33,750 nt of DNA from Acidimicrobiia bacterium. GTDB lineage: Bacteria; Actinomycetota; Acidimicrobiia; Spongiisociales; ZC4RG35. Positions 8,624 through 16,494 of this stretch are shown one piece after another. Each line of letters begins with the position of its first letter. The stretch's first letter is position 1. The notes beneath the pieces were generated by a model. That model had not been told where the DNA came from and searched no databases. It was given only the letters and a program-made list of their open reading frames with translations. The DNA lies in NCBI GenBank assembly GCA_031389635.1, contig JANMST010000262.1, positions 1-33,750 on the forward strand, in the 5' to 3' direction. A program made the position numbers and the translations under genes.

Positions 8624-9535
8624 CTAGTTTGACGGGCCGCAGCTCGCCATGTTCTGCATCACGTGTACCCACCCGAGTTCGCAGGCGAAGGAGGCGGGGA
8701 CATTGCTGAGATGGGTGAAGCGAACTGTCTTCTGCGATCGGACCACCACCCGGCCCGGCGTGGTGGGGTGAGCCTCGACAATCACGAAGCCATGATCCAC
8801 GTCGATCTCCCCATCGATGCTTCCGGCGAATGTGTACTCCATGCCCACGGCTTCGTTGGTCACGAAGTATCTGACGTCGAGATTGGTTTTCAGCTCCCAG
8901 ATCACCGGGATTCCCACGACCTCTCGAACGCGGGCCTGGTATGCGTTGCCGTCGACGTTGTCAACGGGAAGGCTGGTCTTCTGAGATGCGGTCATGCTGA
9001 GGAAGAACGGATTGCAAGCCGGCCAGTGAAGAGGATCTGCACCAAAGGCAAAGTCCAGAGGCCGCCCGGGTGCTTCGAAGGATGCGACGATCCTTGTCGG
9101 CGGATTGGGTCCGGAACCCGTGGGGCTATCGGTGCATTCCTCGGGAGCGACCACGAGCATTGAAGTGTTGACCATTCCCTGGTCCTGCAGGGATTCGATG
9201 AATCCCCGAAAGCTCAGATCTGGCTGGTTGGCGAGGTCGGCCAGTTCGTCGAAGCGATCGCCGTCCGCCACTCCTTCGGCCAGGTGCCGAGCCTCGTCAT
9301 CCATCTCCTGCAACAAGCCCAGCTTTCCAAGGTCGTGCAGCACCCGTAGCCTCAGGATCGGGTCTAGCTGCTTGGCGGCCAGGGTTCGCACGGCCTCATC
9401 GACCGGGAGAGGCTCGATGCCAATGGCCTCGAAGACGCCGGACCAGTCATCCTGCCGCTCGGCCCGCAGACTCAGAAGGGCGTGTTCGATCGATGCTGTT
9501 CCCGAATCACCATCGGGGGCGCTGGGACCAACCAC
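8624..9535 (-). CDS. Hypothetical protein; the C-terminal half feels like a beta-rich ligand-binding (SRPBCC-like) fold (weak call)
   Basis: This is the 3' part of ORF 8624..10042. The 5' part overlaps the better-supported condensation gene on the other strand, so I place the start at the GTG at 9535 (VVGPSAPDG...). An ATG at 9304 is an alternative start. Confidence 0.55.
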   Translation of the reverse strand: MVGPSAPDGDSGTASIEHALLSLRAERQDDWSGVFEAIGIEPLPVDEAVRTLAAKQLDPILRLRVLHDLGKLGLLQEMDDEARHLAEGVADGDRFDELADLANQPDLSFRGFIESLQDQGMVNTSMLVVAPEECTDSPTGSGPNPPTRIVASFEAPGRPLDFAFGADPLHWPACNPFFLSMTASQKTSLPVDNVDGNAYQARVREVVGIPVIWELKTNLDVRYFVTNEAVGMEYTFAGSIDGEIDVDHGFVIVEAHPTTPGRVVVRSQKTVRFTHLSNVPASFACELGWVHVMQNMASCGPSN

Positions 9536-9574
9536 GGCCGGGACGTTAGTCCTGCCACCAGCTCCCCTGCTTGG

Positions 9575-10924
9575 ATGGCGGGCGCGATGGCAGACGAAGG
9601 CTATTTCGACCTGAGTCCGACCGATCGATCGATGGCGATCCTCGATCGAACCTCGTCCGTCGCGTTCCATGCCATTTGGGATGTCATCGGCCCGGTGGAA
9701 CTGGAGTCCCTCGTCTGGGCTTGGCAGGCTTTGTCCCGGGTTCACCGGATCCTGACGTGCACCATCGATGTCGACAGAGACGCCACCTGGCGGCCCGGGG
9801 GGGAGACACCACCGATGAATCTCGTCGACGGTGACGGGGAAATCGAGCAAGCGACGGCCCGAGAACTGGCCGCGCCGGTGGATCTGGTCGGTGGACCCAT
9901 CGTCCGCCTCACCGCCATCAGCCGGGGCGACGGCCTTCGTTGCATCCTGGCGGCCCACCATGCAGCTTTCGACGGGGCTGCAAGCGTCTTCATGATCGAC
10001 GACCTGCGGCGGATCTATTTGGATCGTGTTTCGGGCCGCCACACTCCGGTCGAACCAGATCTTTCGCCCCGAACCGTAAGGTCAGCCCTGAGGAACAGCC
10101 GGCTTTCGATGGCGGTCGGCCAGGGCTTCATCACCAAGAGCCTCGACGGCTGGAGAAGGCTGCCGCCTTCCACTCATACTGATCCATCTCCCACTCCGAT
10201 CCAGGCAGCAACGGGTTACGTGTCGATGGACCTGGGCCCGGCCCTAACAGCAATCGGCGAGAGACGCCGACGCAACAGCTGGCCGATGGACGCGGTTCTG
10301 GTCGGGCTGCTGGAGGCAGCCTGGAATGAGGTCTTTGGGAAGAGCGAAAATGGAGCCGGAGTCTGGCTCGTGGCCTCGAACCTCCGGCCCGGTCTCGGGC
10401 TGACGCGGGGCGCCGGGAATCTCGGCGGCGTGGAGGCGATTGCTGTCCGTAGGCCGAAGGCGCAGCCCGTTGACCAATTGATCCAACAGGCTGCCGCCGA
10501 GATGGCCGCTGCCAGATCAGGCTTTCCCGGGCTTGCCCCCGAGCTGATGGCGAGGTCATGGGCATCGATGCCCCCAGCGGTTCTCAATCAGGGGGTGCAC
10601 ATGACGATCCGGGCCGGGCAGCGCCGGCGCTACACGCGAATCATCAGCAACCTGGGCCAGATCCCGGACTGGCTGTCCGATTGGGGCCAGGCCCGCATGG
10701 AGGGGCTCAAGTACCTGGGACCGATGGCCCGAGGGCCGTATTGCATGTTCGTTGCCCAATCACAGGCAGGTTCACCGTCGCTGACCGTGCGGACCGGGCC
10801 GGATTGGTTCACGACGGCTCACGCCCGAGATCTCGAGTTTGCAATCAACCAACTTTGCGGACTCACGCATCCTCTCCCGGCAATAGGGACGACGCTCGAC
10901 GCCCGAACCCGGGACCACCGGTAG
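9575..10924 (+). CDS. Condensation-domain protein (stand-alone, HHxxxDG acyltransferase type)
   Basis: The catalytic motif is ILAAHHAAFDGAS. The N-terminus FDLSPTDRSM resembles NRPS C-domain starts. The ATG at 9575 or 9587 is the probable start within ORF 9482..10924. Confidence 0.8.
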   Translation: MAGAMADEGYFDLSPTDRSMAILDRTSSVAFHAIWDVIGPVELESLVWAWQALSRVHRILTCTIDVDRDATWRPGGETPPMNLVDGDGEIEQATARELAAPVDLVGGPIVRLTAISRGDGLRCILAAHHAAFDGAASVFMIDDLRRIYLDRVSGRHTPVEPDLSPRTVRSALRNSRLSMAVGQGFITKSLDGWRRLPPSTHTDPSPTPIQAATGYVSMDLGPALTAIGERRRRNSWPMDAVLVGLLEAAWNEVFGKSENGAGVWLVASNLRPGLGLTRGAGNLGGVEAIAVRRPKAQPVDQLIQQAAAEMAAARSGFPGLAPELMARSWASMPPAVLNQGVHMTIRAGQRRRYTRIISNLGQIPDWLSDWGQARMEGLKYLGPMARGPYCMFVAQSQAGSPSLTVRTGPDWFTTAHARDLEFAINQLCGLTHPLPAIGTTLDARTRDHR

Positions 10925-11018
10925 TTCGCCTGCCGTACTGGCGTCTAGCGTCTAGCGTCTCGGTTTCTCGACGGCAGGTGCACCACAAAACGCCCCCGGG
11001 TGTATCGTTCGTCTCGTT

Positions 11019-11438
11019 GTGGCCCGTTTCCTGGTGGTTGCCCATCAGACCGCTGATAGCCCCGAACTGGTGGCCGAACTTCGGCGAGCACAAGCGGCCG
11101 ATCCGACCTCGACTTTTGTTCTTTTGGTCCCGGCGACCCCGGTCCAGCACCTGCGCGGCTGGACCGAGGGCGAATCCAAGGCGGTGGCGGCGGCAGCTGG
11201 CGCCGGGGCCCAGGAACACCTCAAACGCCACGGAATCGAACTGAGCCAGGTCCGCGTCGGCGACGCCGATCCCGTCGAGGCGGCCGCCGACGAGTGGAAC
11301 GAGCGGCCCGACTACGACGAGGTAATCCTGTCGACTCTGACGGCCCGAGCCTCTCGTTGGTTGAGGGGCGACGCCCGCAACCGGTTGGCGAAACGACTGA
11401 ACATCCCGGTCCGGCATGTGGTCGCCGAACCGCGATAG
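11019..11438 (+). CDS. Small alpha/beta protein, possibly USP/adenine-nucleotide-alpha-hydrolase-like
   Basis: This is a 139-aa ORF. The pattern RFLVVAHQTADSPELV...TFVLLVPATP suggests alternating strand and helix. The family assignment is tentative. Confidence 0.6.
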   Translation: MARFLVVAHQTADSPELVAELRRAQAADPTSTFVLLVPATPVQHLRGWTEGESKAVAAAAGAGAQEHLKRHGIELSQVRVGDADPVEAAADEWNERPDYDEVILSTLTARASRWLRGDARNRLAKRLNIPVRHVVAEPR

Positions 11439-11444
11439 TGAGCC

Positions 11445-12524
11445 TCAGCCCTCGATGACGGTGAAGTCGAGGACGACCCTCGCCACATCGTCATCGAGGA
11501 CCAGCTCTACCTGATAGTCACCCACAGGGAATCCGCCCGAGGGAGGGGTGATCGCCATGTAGGCCCAGGTGTGGTCGGATTGGTAGAAGAACTCGTGGTT
11601 GAACAACTCATCGCCTTGGTAGGTCCAGGTGGCGGTGATCGTTCCTGAGGTTCCGGTTGGGAGGCGGAAGACGACGTTCACCGCCGGCGAGGCGGACGTG
11701 AACTCGTCCGTGAACCAGGCCGGATCGAGAGCATCCACGGAGACATCGACCTCGTCGGCCATCCCCACCTCAAGGAAGGCATCACTCGGTATGTCGGCAG
11801 TCGGTTCCATCCACTCCCAGGTCGCCAGGATTTCGGCAACTACCGCGGCATCGTCTGCGGTGGCTCCGAAAAAGTCGGCGTGAAACAACGTTCCCCCCCG
11901 CAGTGAGAACCACGACTCCTGGTACCTGCCGGCTGTCATGAAACCGACATGGATGGCCGGCTCACCGCCCAGACAGTCGGCGACACCGGCGGCGATCATC
12001 TCCTCGAAGTCCGGCGACTGGCGGTAGCGCTCCTCGGCTCGTTGATAGATGTCGTCCAGTGAGGATGTGGGCCCGTCGAGTTGGAGGATGAGGAGATTCT
12101 GTTGAAAGTCGGGACTCGCCACCGCGTAGCTCACCAGGACCTCGGACTCTTCGACTCCCGCTTCCACCAACGTGACTTCATCGAAGTGCCACCCTGCGGT
12201 TTTGGTTTCAGTGGGTACGCGAGTCGAAACGTCGTCCCAGTCCGCGGGGTAATAGATGGCCCAATCGGGTGTTTCGAGAAGCCGCCACCCAGAGGCTGGT
12301 TCTGCCGCCGCCGGACAGTCGTTGGCGGCGGTGGTCGTTGTCGCCTCCGCGGTGGTAGTGGTGGCCCCGGCTGTTGTGGTGGTATCAGCGGCAGAGGCGG
12401 TCGTGGTGGGGGCCGCGGTTGTGCTGGTCGTGTCAGCCGTCGTGGCCGCACCCCCACCCCCGCAGGCGATCAGCAGAACAGCCAGGCCGGCGGTGGAAAC
12501 CGATAGTGAGCGGTGTCGAGTCAT
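11445..12524 (-). CDS. Secreted lipoprotein with a Thr/Ala-rich linker
   Basis: The signal peptide with lipobox is AGLAVLLIACGGG. It is followed by a low-complexity T/A linker and then a globular domain. Confidence 0.8.
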   Translation of the reverse strand: MTRHRSLSVSTAGLAVLLIACGGGGAATTADTTSTTAAPTTTASAADTTTTAGATTTTAEATTTTAANDCPAAAEPASGWRLLETPDWAIYYPADWDDVSTRVPTETKTAGWHFDEVTLVEAGVEESEVLVSYAVASPDFQQNLLILQLDGPTSSLDDIYQRAEERYRQSPDFEEMIAAGVADCLGGEPAIHVGFMTAGRYQESWFSLRGGTLFHADFFGATADDAAVVAEILATWEWMEPTADIPSDAFLEVGMADEVDVSVDALDPAWFTDEFTSASPAVNVVFRLPTGTSGTITATWTYQGDELFNHEFFYQSDHTWAYMAITPPSGGFPVGDYQVELVLDDDVARVVLDFTVIEG

Positions 12525-12570
12525 AGCGTCTCATTCCAACCGGGCGGCGTTGAACATCAGCGCGACGGAA

Positions 12571-12595
12571 GTTGAACCGGACAAGGCGGTTCAAC
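12571..12595. promoter_or_regulatory. Perfect 9-bp inverted repeat GTTGAACCG-N7-CGGTTCAAC in a divergent promoter region
   Basis: The repeat lies between the lipoprotein start (12524) and the 12641 gene. A third GTTGAAC copy sits at 12550..12556. Confidence 0.3.
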
Positions 12596-12640
12596 TCGTG
12601 TGGAACTGGCGTCCAACCCGGACCCGGTTGATTCCACAGG

Positions 12641-13333
12641 ATGACGTCTGACCACTCCGCAGGTTCGTTCAAGCAGCGCATGATCCCAACGCGTCATCCT
12701 TCCTGGGTCGAGTTCGCCTCCCGCACCGGCGGAGCCTTGAAGCGACACTCGTTCTGGCGGAGCGACGAGGTCGTCAGTTCGATGGGTGGATGGGAGGTCC
12801 ATCTCCAGTCCGTGATGCTCGACAACAAGACCGGTGCCCGTAACCCCGGAACGGTCTATTCGACCCGGCGCGGCACCGAAGTGTGGGCGGGTTTCTCGAG
12901 CCTCGACGGCTTCCGGTTTTCCGCTCGGGACCGCGAATGGCTCCATCGCCAGCCCTACCAACTGCGATGGGATATCGATGTCAGCCGACTGGTTGACGCG
13001 GTTCGGCGTCGTCGGCAACCGGAGGACACCCAGATCGGAAACGAGACCTTCGACCAGAGGTTCGTCACCCGCTCCAACGATCCCGACAAGCTGCGAGCCC
13101 TGGTGGAAGGTGCGGCGTTGGAGCGACTACTCAAACGACCGTACCTCGCCGAATTTCACATCGAGGCGGGCGAACCGGATGAGTCGGGTTCGCCCCAGCC
13201 GGCGTCGCTGGTGGTTTGGGAACGCGAGATGCTGCAGGACGCCGATCAGTTGCTCGATCTCCACGAAGTCCTGCTGGCCCTGCTGGATCGCCTCGGGCGG
13301 CTGGGCTCGGCCGGACCGCTTCCGCCTCAATGA
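12641..13333 (+). CDS. Hypothetical protein
   Basis: This 230-aa ORF has coding-like composition (GNETFDQRFVTRSNDPDKLRALVEGAALERLL). The start is uncertain. I recognise no family. Confidence 0.6.
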   Translation: MTSDHSAGSFKQRMIPTRHPSWVEFASRTGGALKRHSFWRSDEVVSSMGGWEVHLQSVMLDNKTGARNPGTVYSTRRGTEVWAGFSSLDGFRFSARDREWLHRQPYQLRWDIDVSRLVDAVRRRRQPEDTQIGNETFDQRFVTRSNDPDKLRALVEGAALERLLKRPYLAEFHIEAGEPDESGSPQPASLVVWEREMLQDADQLLDLHEVLLALLDRLGRLGSAGPLPPQ

Positions 13334-13385
13334 GTCCGCAAGAAGGACAGCGAGGGAAAGGTGGCCCGGTATCGCCGCTTCCCGG

Positions 13386-13492
13386 CTTCTTTGGTGTGTG
13401 AGCGTCGGCTTTTTGCTTCTTTGGCGTGTGTGCATCGCCGGCGGAGCCCACGCGCCAAAGAAGGTGGAGAGCAACGCTCACACGCCAAAGAA
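13386..13492. repeat. Four copies of a roughly 15-19 bp motif (CTTCTTTGGYGTGTG) arranged direct-direct-inverted-inverted, giving nested hairpins
   Basis: The outer arms are 13386..13405 and 13474..13492 (one mismatch). The inner arms are 13415..13430 and 13449..13463 (one mismatch). The element sits between convergent genes. Confidence 0.8.
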
Positions 13493-13546
13493 TGCGGCGA
13501 AGGCAGGAGCCCCGCCGCTCTTATTAGCGAAAAGCAACGGCTCGAT

Positions 13547-14134
13547 TCAGACCTGACGGCGGGCCCCGCGCCGCCTTAGGAACGTCACGACCACGATTGC
13601 GACGGCGGCCGACCATGTGAGCAACGGAATGAAGATCACCGCCCCGATTCCGGCGAAGAGCCGGCCGCCGAGACCTTGGCTTACCGCCAATGTGACCGGC
13701 GGGCCGCTGTCCCCTCCCGGGTAGTCGCCGATCATGAGGACCGGGCCTGCCTCTGCAACCTCGAATTGCAGCACTGCCTCCCCGGTCCGGTTTCCGATGG
13801 TGTAGGTGAAGGATCCGTTGGGATTGTCCATTTCGAGCGAATCTCCCTGACCCGAGATGACCTCGACTGCCAGACCACCGACCGCGGGATCGAGACCCGA
13901 CCCGGCTGGATACTCAACGAAGATCGTGTAGGTCCCGGGTTCGGCGAGAAGGAATTCGGTCTGGCCCGGGAACTCGGCGCGTTGCAGGTCGTCGTCGATG
14001 GTCGTGAGGGTTTGCCAGAGGGCAAACCCTGCCCCGAGGAGGCCGGCCAATGCCAGCAATCCGGCCACTAGATACCACTTCCGTCCAGGGCCCTTGCGGG
14101 GGGTGACTGCGAGATTCTCAGGATTTGGCGTCAT
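13547..14134 (-). CDS. Membrane protein with two TM helices flanking an extracytoplasmic beta-rich domain
   Basis: The ATG at 14134 (MTPNPEN...) lies within ORF 13547..14458. The TM segments are WYLVAGLLALAGLLGAGFALW and LFAGIGAVIFIPLLTWSAAVAIVVVTFL. The upstream extension is Arg/Pro-rich junk. Confidence 0.7.
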   Translation of the reverse strand: MTPNPENLAVTPRKGPGRKWYLVAGLLALAGLLGAGFALWQTLTTIDDDLQRAEFPGQTEFLLAEPGTYTIFVEYPAGSGLDPAVGGLAVEVISGQGDSLEMDNPNGSFTYTIGNRTGEAVLQFEVAEAGPVLMIGDYPGGDSGPPVTLAVSQGLGGRLFAGIGAVIFIPLLTWSAAVAIVVVTFLRRRGARRQV

Positions 14135-14262
14135 GTCTCCATACTCCGACTCGGTTGCGGCTATCACACCTGAGCCGAGTTGAACGACGGCGCGAAGGAA
14201 GTTGTACCGGTCCTGCCGCAGCGGGGCTGGACAAATACAGTGAGCCGACGACCAAGGAATCG

Positions 14263-15699
14263 ATGAGCGAGCGCGATCTGCTCCGGCTGATACACGAAGG
14301 GATGCGACCCCGCACCACCCGCCCCGCCCGGGTGGTGGTGGTAGGTGCTGGCATGGCTGGACTTGTCTGTGCGGAGAAGCTGATGGAGGCCGGTCACGAC
14401 GTAACCGTTCTCGAAGGTCGGGCCCGCGTCGGCGGCAGGGTCGAAACGCTCCGGGCACCGTTCGCTCCCGGCTTGTACGGAGAGGCAGGAGCCATGCGGA
14501 TCCCGCGCTCTCACCACCTGACGATGGCCTACGTCGAGAAGTTCGGACTGGAGACGTTTCCGTTCACGTTGACCAATCCCACCTGCTTTGTCCACCTCCA
14601 CGGGTACCGACGTCGCTTGGCCGAGGTAGAGGCGGACCCGGGCTCTCTCGGATTCGACGGCTTGCCGGTGACCGGCACTGTGGTTGGTCTCTGGGAAAGC
14701 GAGATCAGCCCGTTTCGCCAACGCCTGGCGTCGGGTGGGGAGGAGGCCTGGTCATCGATTGTCACCGAATTCGACGGATTCTCCACCCGTGAGTTCCTCG
14801 AGAGGTGCGGGTGGTCAGAAGGAGCGATCGAGTGCTTCGGGTTGCTCGGCAACCTCGAAGCTCTGATGAACTCAGCCTTTCTCGAGGTCCTCCGGGAAGA
14901 GGTGACCGACAGCTATCGCGACCTCATGCAGATTCGTGGCGGCATGGATCGACTCCCGGCCGCCTTTCTGCCCCGACTCGGATCCCGCATTCGTTTTGGT
15001 GCACGGATGGTTGCCGTCCAGCAGACGGAATCGTCTGTGACCGTCCATTACCGGACCCGGGCTGGCCGGTTCGAAGCAGTCGGTGATTTCGCCGTGCTCA
15101 CACCTCCCTTCTCGGTGCTGCGCCACGTCGAGGTCAACCCGGCCTTCAGTCACCCCAAACAGAAGGCCATCCGCCAGCTCACCTACGACGCCTCCGCCAA
15201 GGTATTTCTTCAATTCCGGCGAAGATTCTGGGAAGAGGACGATGGCATCCTGGGCGGGACCACCGTCACCGACCTCGCCATTCGCAATGTCTTCTACCCG
15301 GAGCACGGTCACGAGACCGGTCGGGGCGTGATGCTCGCCAGCTACACCTGGTCCGAGGATGCCCAGCGGTGGGGATCGCTATCACCCGAGGATCGGATCG
15401 ATCAAGCGCTCGAGAACGTCGCAGCGATCCACCCACAGGCGATGGCGGAGTTCGAGGTTGGTGCCTCGAAGATGTGGCACGACGACGAGTTCGCCGGAGG
15501 GGCGTTTGCAATGTTCGATCCCACCCAGCAGACGCTGTTGCACCAGGCGATCGTCGAGCCCGAGGGACGGGTCTACTTCGCCGGCGAGCACACTTCCTTG
15601 AGCCATGCCTGGATCCAGGGGGCGATCGAGTCGGGTCTGCGAATCGCCTCCGAGGTTCATCAGCGGAGCTTGCGGAGCAGCAACGGTGCCTTCGCTTAG
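14263..15699 (+). CDS. Flavin monoamine oxidase family protein (L-amino-acid-oxidase-like)
   Basis: An AAGGAA RBS precedes the ATG at 14263. The FAD fold is VVVVGAGMAGLVCAEKL...VLEGRARVGGRV. The C-terminal motif is VYFAGEHTSLSHAWIQGAIESG. Confidence 0.9.
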   Translation: MSERDLLRLIHEGMRPRTTRPARVVVVGAGMAGLVCAEKLMEAGHDVTVLEGRARVGGRVETLRAPFAPGLYGEAGAMRIPRSHHLTMAYVEKFGLETFPFTLTNPTCFVHLHGYRRRLAEVEADPGSLGFDGLPVTGTVVGLWESEISPFRQRLASGGEEAWSSIVTEFDGFSTREFLERCGWSEGAIECFGLLGNLEALMNSAFLEVLREEVTDSYRDLMQIRGGMDRLPAAFLPRLGSRIRFGARMVAVQQTESSVTVHYRTRAGRFEAVGDFAVLTPPFSVLRHVEVNPAFSHPKQKAIRQLTYDASAKVFLQFRRRFWEEDDGILGGTTVTDLAIRNVFYPEHGHETGRGVMLASYTWSEDAQRWGSLSPEDRIDQALENVAAIHPQAMAEFEVGASKMWHDDEFAGGAFAMFDPTQQTLLHQAIVEPEGRVYFAGEHTSLSHAWIQGAIESGLRIASEVHQRSLRSSNGAFA

Positions 15700-15860
15700 G
15701 TGCGAGGTTTGAAGATGCCGAGTTCCGCAGTCTTTGGTTCTGAACTCACCACTTACCACTCACAACTCCTCCTCCATTCGCGATGAGTTTGCCTCCGCTG
15801 AACCGTCCTGTATAGGGCAGATTTAACTCAGGGCAAATTCGAATGGAAAGGACACAAGAG

Positions 15861-16472
15861 ATGAGAAGACTGATCGTGAACACATTCTTGACCGTCGACG
15901 GGGTCATGCAGGCCCCGGGCGGACCACGAGAGGACGACAGCGACGGCTTCGCTTACGGCGGCTGGTCGGTGAACTATTGGGACGACAAGATGGGTGAGGT
16001 CATGGGCGAGCAGATGAGCGAGCCGTTCGACCTCGTTCTCGGACGCAAGACCTACGACATCTTTGCCGCCTATTGGCCGCATGCCCCGGAAGAGGCCGCC
16101 TCCAAGCCGTTGAACGACGCCACCAAGTACGTCGCATCGCGGAGTCGTCCAACGTTGGAGTGGGCCAAGTCGGTCCTGATCGAAGGAGACGTAGCCGAAG
16201 GCATCGCCACGCTCAAGAAGCAGGATGGCACAGAGCTACAGGTCCATGGCAGCGGGAACCTCATCCAGACCCTCTTGCGCCAAAACCTTGTCGACACCTA
16301 CCACCTATGGGTGTTCCCCCTCGTAATCGGATCGGGTAAACGCCTGTTCTCGGAAGGGACCATCCCCTCCGGCCTGAAGCTCGTCGATAACAAGGTCTCC
16401 ACCACCGGAGTCGTGATGGGTACCTACGAGCCGGCCCGCGAGATCGTCACAGGATCATTCGCTTTGGACTGA
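15861..16472 (+). CDS. Dihydrofolate reductase family protein (RibD C-terminal domain type)
   Basis: Supporting segments are MRRLIVNTFLTVDGVMQAPGG, LVLGRKTYDIFAAYWP, LQVHGSGNLIQTLL and YHLWVFPLVIGSGKRLF. Confidence 0.85.
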   Translation: MRRLIVNTFLTVDGVMQAPGGPREDDSDGFAYGGWSVNYWDDKMGEVMGEQMSEPFDLVLGRKTYDIFAAYWPHAPEEAASKPLNDATKYVASRSRPTLEWAKSVLIEGDVAEGIATLKKQDGTELQVHGSGNLIQTLLRQNLVDTYHLWVFPLVIGSGKRLFSEGTIPSGLKLVDNKVSTTGVVMGTYEPAREIVTGSFALD

Positions 16473-16494
16473 CCGTGCCCGGTATCGCGCAGCA

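Noticed and set aside
9536-10042. The 5' extension of the 472-aa reverse-strand ORF
   Set aside because: It overlaps the condensation-domain gene, which has a catalytic HHxxxDG motif on the + strand. The extension is Pro/Arg/Gly-rich, so the real start was placed near 9535.
10943-10963. GCGTCTA GCGTCTA GCGTCTC tandem heptads after the condensation gene, inside an 8-bp inverted repeat (CCTGCCGT ... ACGGCAGG)
   Set aside because: There are only about 3 short units, with no partner elsewhere in the window. It is probably part of a weak terminator and too little to build on.
12290-12470. Repetitive GGTGGT/GCGGTG-type DNA that looks like a tandem repeat
   Set aside because: It is the reverse complement of the Thr/Ala-rich low-complexity linker of the lipoprotein. 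It is coding low complexity, not a CRISPR array or satellite.
14135-14458. The N-terminal 108 codons of the 303-aa reverse-strand ORF
   Set aside because: This stretch is an Arg/Pro-rich low-complexity sequence overlapping the start region of the amine oxidase. A sensible start (MTPNPEN) exists at 14134.
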